A stretch of 64,000 nt of DNA from an uncultured Candidatus Saccharibacteria bacterium (GTDB lineage: Bacteria > Patescibacteriota > Minisyncoccia > Phycocordibacterales > UBA2100): assembly GCA_964633425.1 (NCBI GenBank), contig CAZWFX010000001.1:9644-73643 (forward strand), written 5' to 3'. Both the position numbers and the translations under genes were made by a program. Positions 59,823 to 64,000 of the stretch are shown here, piece by piece; the stretch's first letter is position 1; the number at the start of each line of letters is the position of its first letter. The notes under the pieces were generated by a model, which was not told the origin of the DNA, ran no database searches, and saw only the letters and a list, made by a program, of their open reading frames with translations.

Positions 59823-60989
59823 TTAGTCTGGTAGGTCGAAGTCGTCCAAAGAATCGAGGTTTGTGGAGTGTTCATCGTCGGAGTGAGTTTCGCTATGATT
59901 GGGGTCCAATTTCCCCAGTTCACCACTCGTGTCAAGCTGACGGAGTTTGGCTTCCAGGTCGGCCTGTAGTTGAGGGTTTTCCTTGACAGCTTTGTAGTAA
60001 GCCTCGCTCCCTCTCCACTTTTGTCCGTTATACTCGTAGACTTGAGATTTGTCTGGGTGATTTACGATGTTGTATCCAAGAGCCAGTCCGGCAATTTCTT
60101 CCCACTGATTAATGGGGCCGTCGGCTCTGGAGAAGGTGAAGTAGCCCCTTCGTCCAGTGGGACCAAGAGACGATTTGGTCATGATAACCTGGGACTTAAA
60201 GGCGGTATTTTCTCCGTGGCCGTCAAGATCAGAGACGCCTTCGTTGATAAAGGAGCGGCCCAAGGCGTCGACCCTGCCTTTGGCGGTCTTCTGGGCTTGA
60301 ACCAGCATGAAATATTCAGCCATATGCTTTAGTCCATAGGATCCTTGCATCTTGTAAGCCACGCCGTTACGTTTGGCTTCCCACTGATCCATCTCTGCTC
60401 TGGCTTGGGCGATGATGACCAGGGCGATGTTGTGTTTCCGGATAACCGGAAGGATCATTTTCAGGCCGATCTGAACGGTCTGCGCGTGGTCGCCAAACGA
60501 CATAGCCTCAACGTCAGAGTCCTTTTCAGATTTACGGCCCTGGATCGAAGAAATCGAGTCGATGACAATTAGCTTGATAGGAGCCCCGTCTTGACACATC
60601 GCGTTAACCTTATGGGCGATCTGGTTAAAAATGGTCGGGGAGTTGTTTTGGATTACCTTCACTCGTTTTTTGTCAATGCCGAATTTTTTGTAGTCCCTGT
60701 CTGTAAGCTGGGCCGTCGCTCGATACTCGGCGTCGTAATAGAGGGCGAGGGACTCAGGATCGGAGGAGTGAAGCCCTCCAATGAACATTTTGGAAAGGGT
60801 CGACTTGCCACCTTCTTGAGGTCCATACAGGATTACGGTATATCCAAATGGCAGTCCTTGTGTGTTACCAAACAGGTAGTTAACTGACGGAGAGCTGGTT
60901 CTTAGGACGCTGGTGAAAGGATCGATCGGTGCGTTAACCGCACCTTCTAGGGAGTCGAGTTTGTCTAGGTAGTTTTTCTTGGGTGGCAT
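59823..60989 (-). CDS. RecA-superfamily recombinase (UvsX/RecA-like)
   Basis: Walker A LYGPQEGGKST, ..LALYYDAEY.., Walker B KLIVIDSISSI, ..IALVIIAQAR... Collinear with T4 UvsX as I recall it. Acidic C-terminus. Confidence 0.7.
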   Translation of the reverse strand: MPPKKNYLDKLDSLEGAVNAPIDPFTSVLRTSSPSVNYLFGNTQGLPFGYTVILYGPQEGGKSTLSKMFIGGLHSSDPESLALYYDAEYRATAQLTDRDYKKFGIDKKRVKVIQNNSPTIFNQIAHKVNAMCQDGAPIKLIVIDSISSIQGRKSEKDSDVEAMSFGDHAQTVQIGLKMILPVIRKHNIALVIIAQARAEMDQWEAKRNGVAYKMQGSYGLKHMAEYFMLVQAQKTAKGRVDALGRSFINEGVSDLDGHGENTAFKSQVIMTKSSLGPTGRRGYFTFSRADGPINQWEEIAGLALGYNIVNHPDKSQVYEYNGQKWRGSEAYYKAVKENPQLQADLEAKLRQLDTSGELGKLDPNHSETHSDDEHSTNLDSLDDFDLPD

Positions 60990-60992
60990 TTG

Positions 60993-61532
60993 TTAAAATC
61001 CTTTGGTGTAATCCTGGTCGCCTGAATAGGCTGGGCCAGAAGGTTTGTCGGTGAGTTTGTAGGTCGCGAAGTACGCCCTTTTGAAGGCCTCGTGTCGAAT
61101 CTCAAAAAATTCGATGGCGGCGTCAATCGACGTAATCCTGTCTAGTGAATCTTGGTAATCTTGGTCTGTGGCCAAAAAGGTTTCACGGATATCTTCCGAT
61201 CCTATCGGAGATCTGGCATTCACCAGTCCCTTCTCCTTGAGAAACGCAGGTAGCCTGTCGAAGATGGCCCCTGATCGAATGCGACCAGAGGCCCTCTGTG
61301 CGTAATTCTTTTCTGTGGATAGAAGGTTGACGTGCTTCTTACAATCCAGGCAGGCCTGGTTGAAAAGGTGGAGGAGTTCCCCGGATCTCCCTGGGGACAC
61401 CAGTTGGATCTCGTGGAGTCTAGACTCAGCCTTTAGAATCGGCCTGATGTCCAGAGTAAGGGTGTGGCGGCCTAGAGCTACCGGGACTACCAGTACCTCG
61501 TTAGCCCCCAGAATGAGTTCCGGGGTATCCAT
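60993..61532 (-). CDS. hypothetical protein (179 aa)
   Basis: ORF in the replication/recombination operon. Confidence 0.55.
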   Translation of the reverse strand: MDTPELILGANEVLVVPVALGRHTLTLDIRPILKAESRLHEIQLVSPGRSGELLHLFNQACLDCKKHVNLLSTEKNYAQRASGRIRSGAIFDRLPAFLKEKGLVNARSPIGSEDIRETFLATDQDYQDSLDRITSIDAAIEFFEIRHEAFKRAYFATYKLTDKPSGPAYSGDQDYTKGF

Positions 61533-61541
61533 GATTTCCTT

Positions 61542-62504
61542 TTAGCTTAGCTGGCTGGTCAGACTAGCGGGTTCCGATGTCGTCTCTTCTGTCAGCGCAC
61601 CGTCAAAAATCTTGGCCACTTCGTCTGGATCGCCAGAACACTCGACCAACTGGTTGATCTTGTCCTGTGGCAGGAAGAAAGCCCCGAGCGGCTTGGAGAT
61701 GTCGGGTGCGTTTTCTAGGATCTTCGCCTTTTGCTCTGCCGTCCAAGTGGCCTGGACCTTGACCTCTACGGTCATGGGATTGCCATCCACCATAATTTCC
61801 TTAGTTTCCTTTAGGATTTCGGCGGAATCCGTCTTGTTACGGTTGTTACCTTGTGAGGTAAACTTCACCCAGTAATCCCCCTTGGGGTTCTTGGTGATCA
61901 GAGGATATAGGACGTTCTGGAAGGTGGTCTTGGATAGGTGCAGAACACCAACCTCACCCTCGCGATTCATGGCCAAAACCTTCCATTTGTTATCTGTCCA
62001 GAGGCTGTCCAGGTAGGACGTCATCTCGCGATAGCTGTCAGAGGCTTCCATTTCCGCGATAGCGGCGGTGTCCTTGCCGGCCCTTTCCCGCATGGCCTTA
62101 AGGGATTCTTTGTATTTCCAAGCCTTGGCACATGCAGCACACGGTACCAGCTCGACCTTGTTCTTGACCTTGCGAGGACAGACAAAGGCCTTGTAGTCGA
62201 TCTTGCTTGGATCTTCCTTGTTGGTGGCCTTGTACCCGCAGTGCTTGGCGTGATAGAAAGCCCAATTCACGCTAACGAACTTTCCTGTCAGATCGTCCAA
62301 AAACCAGGCTTTCTTGTTCTTGTAGCTGTCTAGGGCGCCGATGATGCGGCAGACGAAGGTGGTGGAGGTCTCGTTCTTGCTGAAGTCTGGCTGGCGTAGC
62401 TTCCAGTTCTTAAAGTTTTCCTTGAAGGGGGTTGACTCAGGCTGCTCAAACGATCCGAACTCGGTTTCTACTGTTGTGTTTTCCATTTTTACTATTTTCT
62501 CCAT
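61542..62504 (-). CDS. hypothetical protein with Cys cluster (possible gp32-like ssDNA-binding protein)
   Basis: ..HAKHCGY..FVCPRKV..VPCAACAKAW.. plus an acidic/Ser-Thr tail. The gp32 analogy is weak. Confidence 0.5.
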   Translation of the reverse strand: MEKIVKMENTTVETEFGSFEQPESTPFKENFKNWKLRQPDFSKNETSTTFVCRIIGALDSYKNKKAWFLDDLTGKFVSVNWAFYHAKHCGYKATNKEDPSKIDYKAFVCPRKVKNKVELVPCAACAKAWKYKESLKAMRERAGKDTAAIAEMEASDSYREMTSYLDSLWTDNKWKVLAMNREGEVGVLHLSKTTFQNVLYPLITKNPKGDYWVKFTSQGNNRNKTDSAEILKETKEIMVDGNPMTVEVKVQATWTAEQKAKILENAPDISKPLGAFFLPQDKINQLVECSGDPDEVAKIFDGALTEETTSEPASLTSQLS

Positions 62505-62545
62505 TGACTAATCACCTGAGCAGAATGGCTCGTTGGGTGACTCTT

Positions 62546-62560
62546 CAATAAAGATTATAG
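62546..62560 (-). promoter_or_regulatory. CAATCTTTA-type motif (CTATAATCTTTATTG)
   Basis: Minus strand motif in the 105-nt gap upstream of ATG62504. Confidence 0.35.
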
Positions 62561-62609
62561 CCCAGAAAATACAACGCGAAGAAAGCTAACTAATCGATAA
62601 AGAGGGACG

Positions 62610-63362
62610 CTAATCCCTGCCCGTAGTCTTCTTAGGCCGCTTCGGAGTGTCATTCTTTAGTCTTTCCTGGTACTTAGAGATCACATCAGAAAGGGTCTTT
62701 TTGGGATCTCCGTTCAACCCTACTTCAAAATGCCCTGACTTCTTAAAAAGAGGCTGCCATTCCTTGAGCTGTTCTTTTGTTAGACCGTCGATGACAACAT
62801 AGGCTTCGGTGCTGATCCTGTTATTTAGGGCTTTTTCTCTAATAATGCGACATAGATAATAAAGAGACGGGGTGTTGCCGTTGGCTTTGACAATCCACTT
62901 CTTAATTAGGTCGCCGAGTTCTTTCCTGTCACGAACCACAAAAGAGGCCTTGTCTGGGACCACGCGAATAAACGACGTCGCTCCAGCCTGATGCAGAATG
63001 TCTGCCAGCATGGCGTTCACCGCGTTGCTCATGTCGGTAAGCCATTGCCGCTGCGGCCCCAAGAGCTTCTCGATCTGATCTGCGATGTCTTCATAGAGCT
63101 GATCTGCATGTACGTAGACTCCAGACTCATACCCTTCAATAAGTTTTCCAATACCAGAAACCGATGTCCCGGATAGAAATAGTGGAGTGGCCTCGTTGAA
63201 AAACGTCTGTGCATAAAGAACCCTTAGGTCTTCAAGCCTTTTCTTTGCCTGAGAAATCCTAACCAGCCAGCCATCCCTGGTTTGCACAGGAAACTCCTCT
63301 GGCTTTCTTCCTGCCATCTCGGTCTCTTTGGCGATTTTATCTAAAATAGTCAATAGTTCCAT
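62610..63362 (-). CDS. hypothetical protein (250 aa)
   Basis: ORF abutting the upstream gene. Confidence 0.55.
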   Translation of the reverse strand: MELLTILDKIAKETEMAGRKPEEFPVQTRDGWLVRISQAKKRLEDLRVLYAQTFFNEATPLFLSGTSVSGIGKLIEGYESGVYVHADQLYEDIADQIEKLLGPQRQWLTDMSNAVNAMLADILHQAGATSFIRVVPDKASFVVRDRKELGDLIKKWIVKANGNTPSLYYLCRIIREKALNNRISTEAYVVIDGLTKEQLKEWQPLFKKSGHFEVGLNGDPKKTLSDVISKYQERLKNDTPKRPKKTTGRD

Positions 63363-63986
63363 TTACTTGGCCTCCTTGAGGCGCTTTAGGATAGAAGAGA
63401 CTCCCTCTTCTGATTGCGTGGAGGCCGGTTTGGCCTCCTCGATAGAAATACGTTCAACTCCTTGAACTAGTACGTTGGTGGCAGCGGTGCCTCCTCCCTT
63501 AGAACCGTTAGACAAGAGGCGATCGAGGGTGTCCAGGGCGTCCTTGAGCCCCTTAACCCCCTCGATTCTAAACACCCCAAGATCGTCTGGGTCCTGAGAT
63601 TGCATGTATCGCAACACCTTTTCGGATTCTGCCTGGATGGATGCCGTAATTAGCGTACTTAGCAGGTTCACCGACTCGATTCGAGCACTGGTGACCTTGT
63701 CCATCGTGTTGGCGATCAGCTCGCTGGCATTCTTCTTGATAAGCTCGTCCCAGTTGCCCTCAATTCGAGCCGACACAATGGCTCCAAGTGAGTATTTCTT
63801 CCCGTTTAATCGGAAGATCTGCTCACAACTAGAGCCATTTAGATATACGCGAAATAGCTTTTCTTGTAGATCTGGCGCAAGCGGCGGAGCATTGGTCTGA
63901 CAGAAGTACCGATACGCTACCGCCTCTTCCTTCGATAAACGGAATTCCTGAATCCGCTCTTCGATTTCAATTTCTTGATCAGTCAT
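63363..63986 (-). CDS. hypothetical protein (207 aa)
   Basis: ORF with no confident motif. Confidence 0.55.
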   Translation of the reverse strand: MTDQEIEIEERIQEFRLSKEEAVAYRYFCQTNAPPLAPDLQEKLFRVYLNGSSCEQIFRLNGKKYSLGAIVSARIEGNWDELIKKNASELIANTMDKVTSARIESVNLLSTLITASIQAESEKVLRYMQSQDPDDLGVFRIEGVKGLKDALDTLDRLLSNGSKGGGTAATNVLVQGVERISIEEAKPASTQSEEGVSSILKRLKEAK

Positions 63987-64000
63987 TGGTAAGTTCTTGT

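Noticed and set aside
1-64000. CRISPR arrays, integrase/attachment sites, transposases, reverse transcriptase/DGR or retron elements.
   Set aside because: Scanning both strands by eye, I found no repeat-spacer periodicity, no tyrosine or serine recombinase motifs, and no YxDD reverse-transcriptase ORF. The tRNA genes are not flanked by integrase genes.

Overview
This 64 kb window looks like a contiguous piece of a large contractile-tailed dsDNA phage genome. It is densely coding, and I saw no integrase, transposase or CRISPR array. All functional calls come from motif recognition by eye; no database search was run.

Gene content:
- Minus strand: early, replication and nucleotide-metabolism genes. 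These include a truncated ATP-dependent DNA ligase, two RNA ligases, SSB, MazG, an N6-adenine methylase, 5'-nucleotidase, a ThyX-like protein, dNMP kinase, a GMP-reductase-like protein, primase and a UvsX/RecA-like ATPase.
- Plus strand: late structural blocks with sheath, tube, tape measure, hub and spike.
- Minus strand 43-52 kb: a tail-fibre block that ends in a GGDEF-domain protein.

RNA genes: I folded 7 cloverleaf tRNAs by hand, all on the minus strand. There is also a cluster of tRNA-like half genes in a non-canonical order.

Mobile elements: a LAGLIDADG intein splits the Walker A motif of one of two tandem AAA ATPase paralogues. Free-standing HNH and GIY-YIG endonuclease genes are also present.

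Promoter-like motifs: a host-type TTGACA-N17/18-TAnnnT class precedes early genes. A recurrent CAATCTTTA(A/T)GG motif precedes structural genes.

Most interesting:
1. The permuted or split tRNA-like halves, in a genome that also carries two RNA ligases and RNA-repair-associated genes.
2. The phage GGDEF protein.
3. The AAA-AAA(intein)-vWA module.
4. A Ser-like type II tRNA with an Asn (GUU) anticodon.
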